In this document: positions 13,150 through 26,708 of the stretch, in pieces
Layout of the letters: each line of letters begins with the position of its first letter
Numbering within the stretch: position 1 is the first letter of the stretch
NCBI RefSeq assembly: GCF_009914755.1
Contig: NC_060928.1
Source: the human T2T-CHM13v2.0 reference genome, Homo sapiens
DNA length: 64,000 nt
Direction: 5' to 3' (one strand)
The notes under the pieces: model-generated
Database searches by the model: none
What the model saw: the letters and a program-made list of their open reading frames with translations, nothing else
Told to the model about the DNA's origin: nothing
Made by a program: the position numbers and the translations under genes

Positions 13150-13535
13150 ACCCAAAATGCTCACATTTGAAATCAGGCAGTCTATGATCTGAATTTAGAT
13201 TCTACCTCTATTCTAATGATGGTGTGACTTTGCCCAAATCACTTAACTAGCTTCAGCTTTGATTCCCTCATCTGTAAAATGAGTAGATTAAAGTACATGA
13301 GATTAAATATGTAATGTACTTAGGATGAAGCCTGAAACATAGTAATAAAAATCACTAACAAATACAGACTGCTGACTTGTGCCAAGCAACATTCTAAGGA
13401 TTTTGTACGTGTTGCCCTGGGAATAGATAAAATTATGATTCTCATTTTACATTTTACAGTTGCAGAAACCTAGACACAGATTAGTTAAATAATTTAGCCA
13501 AGGTTACAAAACTAAGAAATAGAAAAATCGGTACT
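13150..13535. mobile_element. Two MIR elements tail to tail (+ then -)
   Basis: GTGACTTTGCCCAAATCACTTAAC..CCTCATCTGTAAAATG, then CTCATTTTACA..GAAAC..TAATTTAGCCAAGGTTACA. Confidence 0.7.
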
Positions 13536-13554
13536 GACTTTAAGGTGCCAGGCA

Positions 13555-14660
13555 ATAAGAACTCAATGATCAGCAAAGAAAACAATCAACAAAATAAAAC
13601 AGTAACCTATAGAATGAGAGAAAATATTTGTAAATAATATATTTGATAACAGGTTAATATTTAAAATATATAAGGAACTCACACAACTCAATATCAAAAC
13701 AAAGGAAGACAAAACATGGGCAAAGGATCCAAATAGACATTTCTCAAAAGAAGACATACAAATGAACATCAGGCATATGAAAATGTGCTCAATATCACTA
13801 ATGATTCGGAAAATGCAAATCAAAACTGCAATAAGGTGTCACCTCACACCTATTAGGATGACTATTATCAAAAAGATGAAAGATAACAGGTGTTGATGAG
13901 GGTGTAGAGAAAAGGAAACATGTAAACACCATTTTGGGGAATATAAATTAGTACAGACGTTATGAAAAATCATATAGAGGTAAAGGAAACACTTAAACAC
14001 TATTTTGGGGAATATAAATTAGTACAGCCATTATGAAAAATCATATAGAGGTTCCTCAAAAAATAGAAATAGAACTATCATATGATCCAGCGATCCCACT
14101 TCTGGGCATATATCCAAAGGAATATAGATGTAGATATCTGCACCCACATGGTCAGTGCAGTATTATCCACAATAACCAAGATATGAATAAAACCTAAATG
14201 TCCTAAGTGTAGAATACATGTACAATGAAACAATATTCAGCTTTGAAAAATAAAAAAAATTCCTGCCGTTTGTGACAAAATGGGTGAACCTGAAGGACAT
14301 TATGCTAAGCGAAATAAGCCAGACACAGAAAGACAAATATTGTATAATCTCTCACTTATATGTGAAATACAAAATAGTTGAACTCATAGAAACAGAGTAG
14401 AAGGGTAGTTGCCAGAGGGTAGGGGCGGGGAGAGAGGGGAATTTTGATCAGAGGGCACATACTTTCAGTGTATAAAATGAACAAGTTCTATGTATTTAAC
14501 ATACAGCATATGTAGTAATGGAGGTGTTAATTAATTTGATTGTGATAATCATTATACAATGTATATGTATATCATTACACATTGTATATGTATATCGAAT
14601 CATCACATTTTACCCCTTGAATATATACAATCTTTATATGTCAATTAAATATATTTAAAT
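13555..14660 (+). mobile_element. Old L1 (L1MA-like) ORF2 end and 3' UTR
   Basis: AATAGACATTTCTCAAAAGAAGACATACAAATG..., ATCCCACTTCTGGGCATATATCCAAAGGAA, GACATTATGCTAAGCGAAATAAGCCAG. Confidence 0.9.
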
Positions 14661-16149
14661 AACTCAATTACTAGTAGCTATTATCATTTACTTTGTTACA
14701 CCAAAATAATGTTTTATGAATTAATCACTGAATTATCACATTAAAAATCCATTTCTGACTTCCTTTGTTAGATAACACAATCCTGGGTATACAGAGATGT
14801 CAAATCCAGACACCTTTTTTTTAAAATCCCCAACACAGAAACCAATACTTGGCAGTTGTTTGTGAAAATTCTGAAACACAAAGTGGAAAGAGGGAAAAAC
14901 AAAGTAGATACTAATAATTTCTTTGAATATCTTTGTTTTATTAATCCTCAAGTTCACCACCATCTTTTATTTATAAATGCTAACACTTTCATACCTTTCA
15001 AAATGCCACTTTAATTAACACTACTAACACTATTTTCTACTCAGCACAAAGAACTATTTTCCTAATTCTAGCGTCTGAACCCATAAAGACCATTAATTAA
15101 CTACCCTACAGCCTTCTCTTTTTCAAAGTCTCTAATTCCTCTTACTTCTATCTTTTCTCCAATTCCCATTATAAGGGTATTTAATTAATTTCATGCCATT
15201 CCTTTGATTCTTTTCCAAGTCATTTCCAGTTTTCATTATTGGTTATGTTCCAGAAAGGATGGTGAACAATGGAAAAGAATGCCCTTGATGCAGATAACAA
15301 AGGGATGATTTCAAGAAGCAAATTTGATTTAATTATTAAAAGATAAAAGCTTCTCTAAACTATAAATATCCTCATCTCCATCTCTGTCACAATGTTTCAA
15401 GCTTCAAAGTTTTGACATTTAACAAATATTTATTCGTATACATATCTATTCACTAACATATTACTCAGAGCAGATAGAGATTATTTACTGTATATCTAGC
15501 ATTGTATTAGATTTGGAGTGACAAAGAAGTAACTGAAGAGATTCTTGACTTTGAGAGAATTAGAAGTCATTGGAAGAAAAAGATGGGTTAAAAACTGTGT
15601 TTTGTTTGATAACGTATAAGCCTACATGTCCCCATCTATAATACCCCAAGGGAGTTAATATTTGTTTTCTAATTGCAAATACTCAATGCAAAATAAAGTG
15701 AGTTACGAACAAACACCAACAGGAAAAAAATAAAACAACCATCTCAAAGGAGTTCACAATGAATTCATAAACATGCTTTCTGATCCTCTCTCATAGAGCA
15801 GTTTATAGTGATATTGCTGTTCTGTTGATGGTATTTTTTGTTGTCCTATTAAATTGAAGTTTATGGCTATTTTTTTAAAAATCACTCTAATAAATCCTTC
15901 TAACCAAATGATATATTTATTTTTTATTATTTGCCTTAATATTTATGATAAACAGGTTTATGACATAAATTTTGATAATTTCATGATATATGAAATTTGT
16001 AATTGTTTGCTTTTCTTTTTTGAATTATAAATATTGTGAACAAAACATTATAATTTATATAAATTTGCCAAGCAAAAGTTTTAGCAATTAGAATATCTGG
16101 GTATGTTTTTAAAAACAAATAATTTACCTTTATTCTGACTATAAGATAA

Positions 16150-16320
16150 AATTTTCTCAATGAGAATAATATAGAAATTATTATTCTATAATGTTATTTT
16201 ATTATTTTAGTATTATTAATAATATTATTCTAAATTATTATTTCTATAATATAGAAATTATATTCTATAAAAATATAGAAATTATTATTAAATTTAAATG
16301 TAATATAAATTTAAATCCGT
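16150..16320. repeat. AT-rich low-complexity tract with a repeated AATATAGAAATTA(T)TATT unit
   Basis: Unit seen three times. Confidence 0.75.
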
Positions 16321-19300
16321 ATCCCCACCATCTAAAACTAAATTACTGAACTATTTGCATTTTTAATCCAAAAAAAGTCCATGAATGTACCCACACAGTC
16401 CCTTTTAAAATATAAATGTGAACGTACTCTGAACACTTTTAAATTAACTTGCTTTTTTCATTAAACGATATATAATTGATATATTTTCATTAATAATGAA
16501 ATATCAATAGTAAAAATAAAGGCTTTATTATGTAATATCCTATAATACAGATATATGTAATTTATTTCACCAATCCTCAAATGATTTGCAATTAATTTAT
16601 TTTCAGAGGTTTCCTGTGCATAAATAACACCATGATAAATATTTTCCAAAAGGGCAACTAACTCCTAATAGTATAATTGCTTTTGAAATCATTATTATGC
16701 ATATTGATAAATTGTTCTCTTAAACAATCATATCAATTTATAGTTAAAACTGTAGGTTTCTTATTGTTCTTTTGTGGGACTAATTAATAACTATTTATGA
16801 ACAGATATATAGATATATCAGTAGATATAGACACACATGCTTATGTATTCAGGGATTACATATAAAAGTGTTTATTTTAATGAGTAATAAAATCTTCTAG
16901 CACCATATTTAATAAGAAATATTTTTTCTTGGTTGATAGTATAAAGTCTACACTAGACAATAGAATAAAATGCATAAGGTATGTGAAGTTATTAAAAATG
17001 TGTGTTGCTTTTAAAAACCTGTGTCATACTATTGATCTGAAATTTAAACGAAACATAAGTAAAAATATAAGAATTCCAATGCAAAAATTATTTTATTGTT
17101 TGTATATCAAATAACATTCAATAACTCTTTGATGTGTCTTTCAGACGCTCCAATTTTTTAAAAAATCCATTTGTTTTTCTACAGGAAAATGGAAATTAAC
17201 GTGCCCATCATAAGTTTGCTGTTTGATCTAAAACATAGACACTATTTCAAATCCCTTTTTATCCATATATTTTATATAATTTTACTCATGGTTGCAAGAA
17301 CACATAGAAAGTCCTTGTAAACAAAAACAAATTCATTAAAGTTGCCAACAGTGTAGGTACTGTTGTTAGGGCAACTGAACTTCTTAAAAATTCATGAGAG
17401 AAAAGGATACCACCTTAAGTGATGATTTAAGTAGTCATAGCAACTACTATTTTAAAACCAACTATGGGTGCCCAGTATTTTTTTTCTCCTTCCTGACTTA
17501 AGATTTGTAAAATATTGTTGCCCTCTTTCTACAAGTTTTATTTTTATATCTCAAAAATAAAAATTTCAGATGTACCAAGCTGTCTTCAGTAGTTTTTTTT
17601 CTTCCGTCAGTAGATAGACATCAGCAAACGTGTGGATAGTGTTGATTGCATTATTTCCTCACAGACTTTGCAACCATTATCTTTGATATCTATCTGAAAC
17701 TGAAAGGATGCTTTGGAAACATCAGCAACAATAGATATAGTAAAGTATCTTTCAGAAGCTCAAAATGGTTCACAGTTAGATCTTGGTTTTTTAAAAGCTA
17801 GATTTATCTCTAGTAATAGCAATTTCATTCTTTGCTTTTCTGAAATTTCTTTTATATTTCTTCTCTTCTTTTTTTCTTTTTTCCAGTTTGGCCTTAAGTA
17901 AAATATTTTAGGTCTTCTCTAGGTTTTTATTTCTAGTCTTGAAACAATACAGTGTTAGTTAGTTGCACACTGTATTCTCTCTAGGGAAATCTTAGTCCCA
18001 TTCCTTACTTCTGACTCATTACATCACTTTAATAAGTGAAGTCCAGGACTAAAGGTATAATTTCAATACTTAAAATGAAAACTTAAAAGGAAGAGGTAAA
18101 AAAAAGTTAATTGTCATTTCTTTGTCTCTGGACTTTTGATATCTTCTTTAGCTAGCATTTCACTGGCCTTATCTGCTAAAGCTCTATGCTTTTCAATCTT
18201 GGGTCTCCTTCATCCCTCATAGGACCATGAGGAACAGGGTAATTTCTGGGAGAAAAAGAACATGAAGTAGATAAATCAGTGTAAATCTTCTTGGCATTAG
18301 GGAGAGGGATTTTCCCATAATGCCCTCTCCGAAGATGTGTATTTGTATATACACTGTAAGTGTAACAGAGTGACTAAGAAGGGCGCTTTTCACACAGAAG
18401 CAGATTCCCTTTCTTCCATAGCCTCCTCTTTTTTGCAGGGAGATACGATTTAAGTATTGTAAAGAGAAGTTCCCGTGTAGACACTGGACTGTGCCTCAGC
18501 AAAGTCATAGGACATAGACATCCCTCTTGTTAGAAAACCACTGGATAATGACATCAAAAGGGGACAAGCAGTATTCGTTGTATACACAGAAGGCTACAGA
18601 TGGCCTGAGGCATTGACTGGGTCCCTTTCCTGATTCCTAGTAGTAACATCAACTGCAACAGGCACAGTCCACAGCACAGCGCTGTGTCCAGGCGACTGAA
18701 TATGGTTCCCTAAGACTAAATTTCTCATGTCAGGTCCCAGTGAACTAATTTTGGGTTCCAAAAACTGCTCTATTAAACTCTTTTCCTCTATTTTCCCAGG
18801 TAAAGTCATCCTCTTTAGTCTTCCCTGGGGATGAGATAATCTGGATCTTTCTCTATATGATTGCAATGATTGCAGTAGTTTTTTGTGACATGAACTCCAT
18901 TCTCTACTTCATTGAGGGCTTTGCCTTTTTTTTTTTTTTTGAGCCTTTTATTTTCACTCAAAGTTTAATACAAAGCAAATATTTTGGCTTTAAACAATTC
19001 TGTGTCTGGAGAGGGATTCAAGAGGCTATTGTAGTAATATCCTCATTCTTCATGATGTAATGCAGATGCCCTCATCTGACAAGGGGAACAGTCACTGACA
19101 GGGACATGAGAAAAGAAAACAAATAAATATAATAATTTAAAATATTATCAGTATATTGTCGCTGAGGTGACAGGAGTCAAGAAGCCTCTTTGTTGAGAGA
19201 GGTAAGTGCAATCTTTGCAACTGAGTTAATCTAGCTCCATTCATTGAGATGGGATAGCACTGAGTTCAAAGACTTAGATTAGTGCTTTCTTAAACACTTG

Positions 19301-19395
19301 TTCCTCAGAATATTGATGCAATTTTCAAGTAAAATGAAATTAGATAAAAAGGCAAGGTATTGTTTTATGAACCAATATTTAAGAAACACAATGTT

Positions 19396-19706
19396 AGCTG
19401 GGCTTGGTGGCTCACACCTGTAATCCCAGCACTTTGGGAGGCCCAGGCTGGCAGATCACTAAGGTCAGGACTTCAAGACCTGGCCAACATGGTGAAACCC
19501 CATCTCTACTAAAAATACAAAAATTAGCTGGGTGTGTTGGTGGGTGCCTGTGGTCACAGCTACTCAGGAGGCTGAGCCAGGAGAATCGTGTGAACCCAGG
19601 AGTCAGAGGTTGCAGTGAGCCGAGCTGAGATCTCACCACTACATTCTACCTTGGGTGATAGAGCGAGACTCCATCTCAAACCAAAACCAAAACCAAACCA
19701 AAACAA
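19396..19706 (+). mobile_element. AluS with (CCAAAA)n tail and 15-bp TSD
   Basis: Dimeric Alu; TSD AAGAAACACAATGTT (19381-19395) / AAGAAATGCAATGTT (19707-19721), differing at a decayed CpG. Confidence 0.95.
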
Positions 19707-20449
19707 AAGAAATGCAATGTTAAACAGGCCTTAACACATTCCAGTATCTAAGGACAATTAAGATTTTAATACAATTACATGCAATGTAAATATCCATTTA
19801 TATTAGAGATTTAATGGGATTTCCCAAATGTATGTTTTCAAAGAACTCTGTTGTTCAGGGTTTGTGCTTCTACTGTAACCACCACTAACTTCATACTTAC
19901 GTTGAAGAAAATTTAGACATTAGAGAAAAAAAAAAGTCAATTTAAGACATTTTGCTAAAAACTAATAAACGAAGGATCATTTCTAGATCGTTTCTCTCTG
20001 CATGTCCCCCTCAGTAATTTGTATTCAAGATCTCCTGGTCAAGGTTACAGAGATGTGGAATTTCTGCCGTCTCTTAATCTCTCTACTTATCCCACCACCA
20101 ATTACTTAATGCTTATGTGGGAGAAAAATTTTGGTATTATATGGTGATAAACTTGCAACATTGAGTAATTTTAATTGTTATTTAACCTGAGAGTTACATG
20201 AAAATTATATAAATAGATGTATAAGTTTAATTTATCTGTCTTGATAAGCTAAACCAAAATCTATAGTCTAGCATATTATAAGCACTATCTGAATAAGCTA
20301 TACAAAATATTCCATTCTCATTCTCCACCTTCTTAAAGGCAATGGTTTTTCTGTTTAATATGAGTCTTTCATTTGTATGCATTATTGTAAAATGGTTATG
20401 TGTATACACACTTTTTTATATATATAATATAATATATGTAATAGATACA

Positions 20450-20930
20450 TAATATCATATCTTAATTCCAATATTGCACTCCTATCTGAAAAGAGTTGCC
20501 TGATTTGGACTATCTCTTAAAATATTTTTAAGATTTTCTTATTTCCTCTTTTGTAAATAGCCTATTCTTAACCTTTTCTATTTGTCCATTGAGGCTGATG
20601 TATTTTTACCTTTTATTTGAAGGAATAAACTAAAGATTTTAGATATTAACTCTTTCTTGGCTTCAAACATTGCAAATATTTTTTCTTGTTCTTTAATCTA
20701 CCTATTACCTCTGACCATTATTTTCTTCATTTTGCAAAAATGCTTAATTTTATGAGATAGACTTTAATCATTTTTTGCTTTATGGTATTTGAGAATTTAA
20801 AAAATATTTTCACCCCTAGATCACAAAGATATTCTGTAACATTTCTTCTATTAAATAAGCATTTTATCTTTCACCTTATCTTTAATTCATCTAGATTCTA
20901 CCTTTGTATAAAATATTATATAGTGATTAA
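20450..20930 (-). mobile_element. Degraded L1ME-like fragment
   Basis: T-rich antisense L1 ORF2 phrases (CATTGCAAATATTTTTTC, TTTAATTCATCTAGA). Confidence 0.5.
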
Positions 20931-20945
20931 AATGAAAAATTTGCA

Positions 20946-21045
20946 CGTGAACCCGGGAGGTGGAGCTTGTAGTGAGCCGAGATCGCACCACTGCACTCCA
21001 GCCTGGGTGACAGAGCAAGACTCCAACTAAAAATAAAAAAAATTA
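20946..21045 (+). mobile_element. 5'-truncated AluY
   Basis: CGTGAACCCGGGAGGTGGAGCTTGTAGTGAGCCGAGATCG; A-rich tail; flanking AAAAT(T)TGCA direct repeat. Confidence 0.9.
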
Positions 21046-23497
21046 AAAATAAAAATTGCATTTAACTAACACTAAGATTCCATTATAAAGTGGTGTTTCT
21101 CTCCACACCTTTTTAATTTCATTCATAGCCTTGAGACAATACAGTGTGTTGTATATTTGACACCCAGAGATCATTTTTAAAATCCCTTTCTTTCAAATAA
21201 TAAAGTTATTTTCTCTAATATACTAATCAAGAGCAATAACAATTTTCTTGATTCATTTATTAATGTAAACAATAATTTTAGAAGATAAATCCCAATTTAA
21301 TGATGTTATTCAAATTTTATAAAATAATTCATAGAAGAACTACAATCTGACTGTCAAACAAAAATACTATACCTCACATTTTGTACTCCATTTCTGCGTT
21401 AAAATTGAAACACAAATAAAAACTCCAAATGGTCACATAGAACAACAGAAGTGAAGGACATAATCTTCTGCTTCTTCATCATAACATTCACTGTGATATC
21501 ACTATTTATTTTGAATTTACTGTTTAAACACAGAATTTGGAATAGCACAGGGACCAGAGACAAGAGTTGTACTGGAAGCACGCATGAAGCATTACAAGTT
21601 GTTACTTAGTTTTCAAATAAATGTATGTAACTAGGTCCAAGTGTGTCAGGAGCCAACTCTATAACTGAAGTTTTCCTGAATTAATGTCCATGGATGGCGC
21701 AATGTTGATTAGAGTAAGTAATTAAACATAGGCTAATTCAATGTTTACATATATATATTAACGTTCACAATAACCAAAGCAATGTTTAAAACTCAGATCA
21801 CTGATGTTATTTAGAATTGCTGGTACATGGTGATGATGAAAAGCAGGAAAACCTTTAGAGACTTTGACTCTGGTTCAGGAATTCTCTATAGATAATGCAC
21901 CTACGTGTTTTCGGCCTTTATGATCCATATCCCTTGCCATGCTTTGAAATAAGAACCTAAAGATCTAGTTCCAGCCAAAGTATCCTGTGTATGTTTGCAT
22001 TGTCTCTAAGTTGGATCACATGTCTCTTGTGGCAGTGTTTGATCAATAGTAATTTCTATCTGTGACTCCAGTAGGAAGCTCCCTACTTCAGGGGACTGTG
22101 ACATCAGATGATCTGTACATTGGGAAGAGTCAGGGAAAGTGAACACTCCATTCATCTCCTTCTGCACAGTTGAAATATACACCAGCAGTAGTGTCCTTTT
22201 GACTCGTGATGATACTGAAGCCTATATTTGTTGCCAAATAAGTTGAAGTGTCCCCTAGAGTTTGATAGGATTTCACAAGTTACAAAGCAACAACCCATCT
22301 GCATTGGCTTGGGCATGAACAAGCAAAGGGACCCCTGTCTAATGGAATGATTAAAAGTTGAAAATGTTATTTTAATTCAATCAATTAAAAGCATAAACAG
22401 CAGGGTTTGATTGAATCAATTTAAAGAATTACACAGTAGTCAATGTGATTGTCAGCAGGAGTGAAATATTCATGTATCACCTACACACAGCTTGAAATCT
22501 GTATCCTTTAATTCGATATAACAAACAACATTTACCACATCACAGAAAGGTGACTTCTTTTGCGGAAGAAAGAACATTGCTATACTAGAGACATATGCTA
22601 TTAGTGACAGCAAACACATCTGACATCCAGTTTGAAATATTTAACAAATACCATATCTTGGTTATGAATAATTTTGTATCTTCTATATTACTCCAGGTTT
22701 GGTCCTAAGTATGAAAATTTACTTTTCCTTTCCTTTATTACAAAAATCGTTTGAATATTATTGCGATGTAGTCTTAAAATACAATAGTATTAAATGATAA
22801 GTGAGTTAAAAGCAATGATGATAATCATGAAATTATTGTGGTAATTATTGTGTGTCTGTATATCACAGTAAGAAGTTACTAAGATAGACATTTACTGCTG
22901 CAGCCAAATGAAGCTAATGAAAATAGTGATACACTTTAACTTGCTTAAAAAGTTAATAAATATCCCCAAATTTCTACTGTACTCCCTTTCTATCATTTCT
23001 GGAGACTGACTATAATAAAATTGTTTTGAGGAGAATGGATTTTCTATACAATTTCCACCATTGTAATTGAGCCAAAAAAATTGTATGTTGGGGGAGAGAA
23101 GGAGGTAAATCATTATAGCAAGTATATTATTATGAAATAAAAAATAAAAATAAATAAATACCATTAACCTGAGTGTTTCCATTTTACCATCATAAAGCTT
23201 TACACATTTTGATTCTGAAAATTGTAAGTCTGTGTTCCATTTACCACATCGGGCTCAAAAAGCTTTAGAATTTAGGTATAAATAAAACAAATGTTGGATT
23301 CTTCTCTCACTATGTCATCTAAAGGGCATTATTTTAGTCTTCACTCTCATATCTATTCAGAATATTTATGGAAACCAGAGTCCCATAGGCTAGGTTGCCA
23401 TGAAAGGAGACTGACCTAGAATAAGTGCTTGGCAAATGTTAGAATAGTATCTTCTTGACTTTTGCCTAATTAATTTATGATCATTAATTTGATTATT

Positions 23498-23900
23498 GTA
23501 AATTCACAATAATTTATTCCAAACTCCAGGGCTCTGGATTTTAGAAATTTTAGATTTTAGAAAGGAGATACATACATATACATAAACACACACACATATG
23601 TGCATATGTGTATATATATATGTGCATGTGTGTATATATATACACATTCACACCCACACATATACTATGTATATACACTCAGAGAGAGAGAGAGAGAGTG
23701 TGTGAACTATAATGCCAATGCCTTATGCAAGGGTAGGGAGTGACACCTTGTAATTAAATGTGATGGTACTTCTGAAATGAGACATGTTAATAGTCATGCC
23801 ACTTAAAAGGAATGAATTTAGTTTTTGTCACCAAGTAACTTAAAATATATATATATTCTAATTTTGAGAGCTTTTTGGATTCTAGAGGCGTTATCTATAT
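23498..23900. mobile_element. Old TcMar-Tigger MITE (MamRep434-like) containing a (CA)/(TA)/(GA) microsatellite at about 23570-23705
   Basis: TTTTGAGAGCTTTTTGGATT subterminal motif recalled from consensus; microsatellite read directly. Confidence 0.45.
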
Positions 23901-23919
23901 TTATGACATCTCTTTAAGT

Positions 23920-24055
23920 TACAGCTATTTTACACCTGTTTGAGATAGAGAAAGAAGTCTGCAGGGATTAAGTAACTTACCTATTATAAAATCACAAAGA
24001 TAAAAAGTAATAAAGCCAGGATACAAGTCTACTCCAACTGACTTCAAAGCCCACA
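23920..24055 (-). mobile_element. MIR
   Basis: ATTAAGTAACTTACC..ATCACA..AGTAATAAAGCCAGGA..CTGACTTCAAAGCCCA. Confidence 0.65.
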
Positions 24056-24206
24056 TATTTATCCCTTCTCTATCATTCCCTCTGTGTTTACAGTAAACAA
24101 TTCATATTGTGAAGAGTTTCATTTTATATTCACCAAACATCAGGGTTTTCTAACCCCATGAAGAGGAAATGTTTCACAAGATAAGAAATAAACAATAAAA
24201 AGTTTT

Positions 24207-26143
24207 GCATTGTTTCATACGTTTGTTGGCTACTTGTAATGTCTTCTTTTGAGAAGCGTCTGTTCACATGCATTTGCCAATGTTTCAAATTGAATTTTTT
24301 TTTTTTTTTGCTTGTTGGTTTAGTTTCTTATAAATTCTGGAAGTTATACCTTTGTCAGATGCATAGTATGTAAATATTTTCCCCCATTTTTTAGGCTGTC
24401 TTTTTATAATGTTGGTATTTTTTTTCTGTACAGAAGCTTTTTAGTTTAATCAGGTTCCACTAATTAATTGTTGTTGTCATTGCAATTGCTCTTGGAGACC
24501 TAGCCATAAATTATTTGCCAAAACTAATATTGAGAAGGGTATTTCTTAGGTTTTTTTCCAGTATTTTTATAGTTTGAGGTCTTACATTTAAATATTTACT
24601 CCATCTTGAGTTAATTTTTGTATATAGTAAGAGGTAGGGATCCAGTTCCAGTCTTCTACATATGGCTAGCCAGTTATCCCAGTACCATTTATTGAATAGG
24701 GGGTCCTTTTCCGCAAAGCTTTTTTTTTCTATTTTGTCAAAGATCAAATGGTTTTAGGTGTGTGGGTTTACATCGGCTTTCTCCATTATGTTCCATTGAT
24801 CTATGTGTCTATTTTTGTACCAGTACCATGCTGTTTCTGTTACTGTAGCCTTGTAGTATAGCTTAAGTCAGATAATGTGAAGCTTCCAGATTTGTTCTTT
24901 TTGCTTAAAATTGCTTTGGCTATTTGTACTCTTTTTTGGTTCCATATGAGCACAAATCATCAGAGAAATGCACATCAAAACCACAGTGAGATATCATTTC
25001 ACACCAGTCAGAACGACTATTATTAAAAAGTCAAAAAATAACATGCTGGCAAGACTGCAAAGAAAAGGCAATACACTGTTGGTGAGAATGCAGACGAGTT
25101 CAGCCACTGTAGAAAGCAGTTTGCTTATTTCTCAAAAAAACTTAAGTCAGAGCTACCATTTGACCTACCAACTCCTTTACTGGGTATATACCCAAAGGAA
25201 TATAAAATGTTCCACCATAGAGACATATGCACGTGCATGTTAATTGCAGCACTATACACAATAACTAAGTTATGGAATCAAATTCAATGCCTATCAATGG
25301 TAGACCGGATAAAGAAAACAGGGTACATGTACACCACAGAATACGATGCTGCCATAAGAATTAAATCATGTCCTTTGCAGCAACATGGATGGAGCTGGAG
25401 GCCATTATCCTAAGTGAATTAATGCAAGAACAGAAAACCAAATACTGCATGTTCTCACTTACAAGTGGGAGACAAATATTGAATGCACATAGACACAAAG
25501 ATGGGAACAATAGACACTGGGGCCTACTAGTCAGGGGAAGGAGAGAAGGGGACAGGTCTGAAAAACCACCTATTGGGAGCTATGCTGACTACCAGGGTGA
25601 TGGGATCATTTTTATCCCTTCTCTATCCTTCCCTCTGGGTTTGCAGTAAACAATTAGTATTCTGAAGAGTTTCATTTCATATTCACCAAACCTCAGGGTT
25701 TTCTAACCCCAAGAGGAGGAAATGTTTCACAAGATAAGAAATAAACAATAAAAAGTTTTGCATTGTTTTATATATTTGTTGGCTAGTTTCAATGTCTTCT
25801 TTTGAGAAATGTCTGTTCACATGCATTTGCCAATGTTTTAAATTGAATTACTTGTTTTTTGCTTGTTGGTTTAAGTTTCTTATAAGTTCTGGAAGTTATA
25901 CCTTTGTCAGATGCATAATTTGCAAATATTTCCCCCATTCTTCAGGCTGTCTTTTTACACTGTTGGTATTTTTTTTTTTGGCTGTACAGAAGCTTTTTAG
26001 TTTAATGATGTTCTGACTTATTAATACAATGTGAAATAATTAAATCAAACTAATATGCCCATCACCTCAAACCTGCACATGTATGTAACAAACCTGCCCA
26101 TATATCCCTTAATCTATAATAAAAGTTGAAATTATATAAAAAA
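24207..26143 (+). mobile_element. L1PB-like element with a twin-priming 5' inversion (24207-24949 antisense, 24950-26143 sense)
   Basis: Antisense ORF2 ([23 protein letters not shown]) abuts sense ORF2 end and 3' UTR; TSD AGTTTTGCAT (24201) / AGTTTTGTGT (26145), both consistent with ancestral AGTTTTGCGT. Confidence 0.9.
25611..26006 (+). repeat. About 395-bp direct copy of 24058-24450 inserted in the L1 3' UTR
   Basis: Collinear from TTTATCCCTTCTCTATC to CAGAAGCTTTTTAGTTTAAT, including non-L1 flank. Confidence 0.95.
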
Positions 26144-26375
26144 TAGTTTTGTGTATGTTTGCATCATGTGTTCCAGAACAGTGCTTAGCCTTAGCACTGA
26201 TGCTATGGTTTAAAGGGGTTTTTATATGGATCTGTAACCTTCACCTCCCACATATGCTTTACCACAGCTGCAACCAATTGCTAACTATGGATTAAATTTG
26301 TTATTTGTGCCAGAAATGAATGTCATATTTAAAACACAGATGCTAGGTTAATGTGTTCATGTCTCGTTTAAATCA

Positions 26376-26708
<333 letters not shown>

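Noticed and set aside
18594-18866. 90-aa minus-strand ORF in unique DNA
   Set aside because: No recognisable domain or convincing splice context; length within chance expectation.
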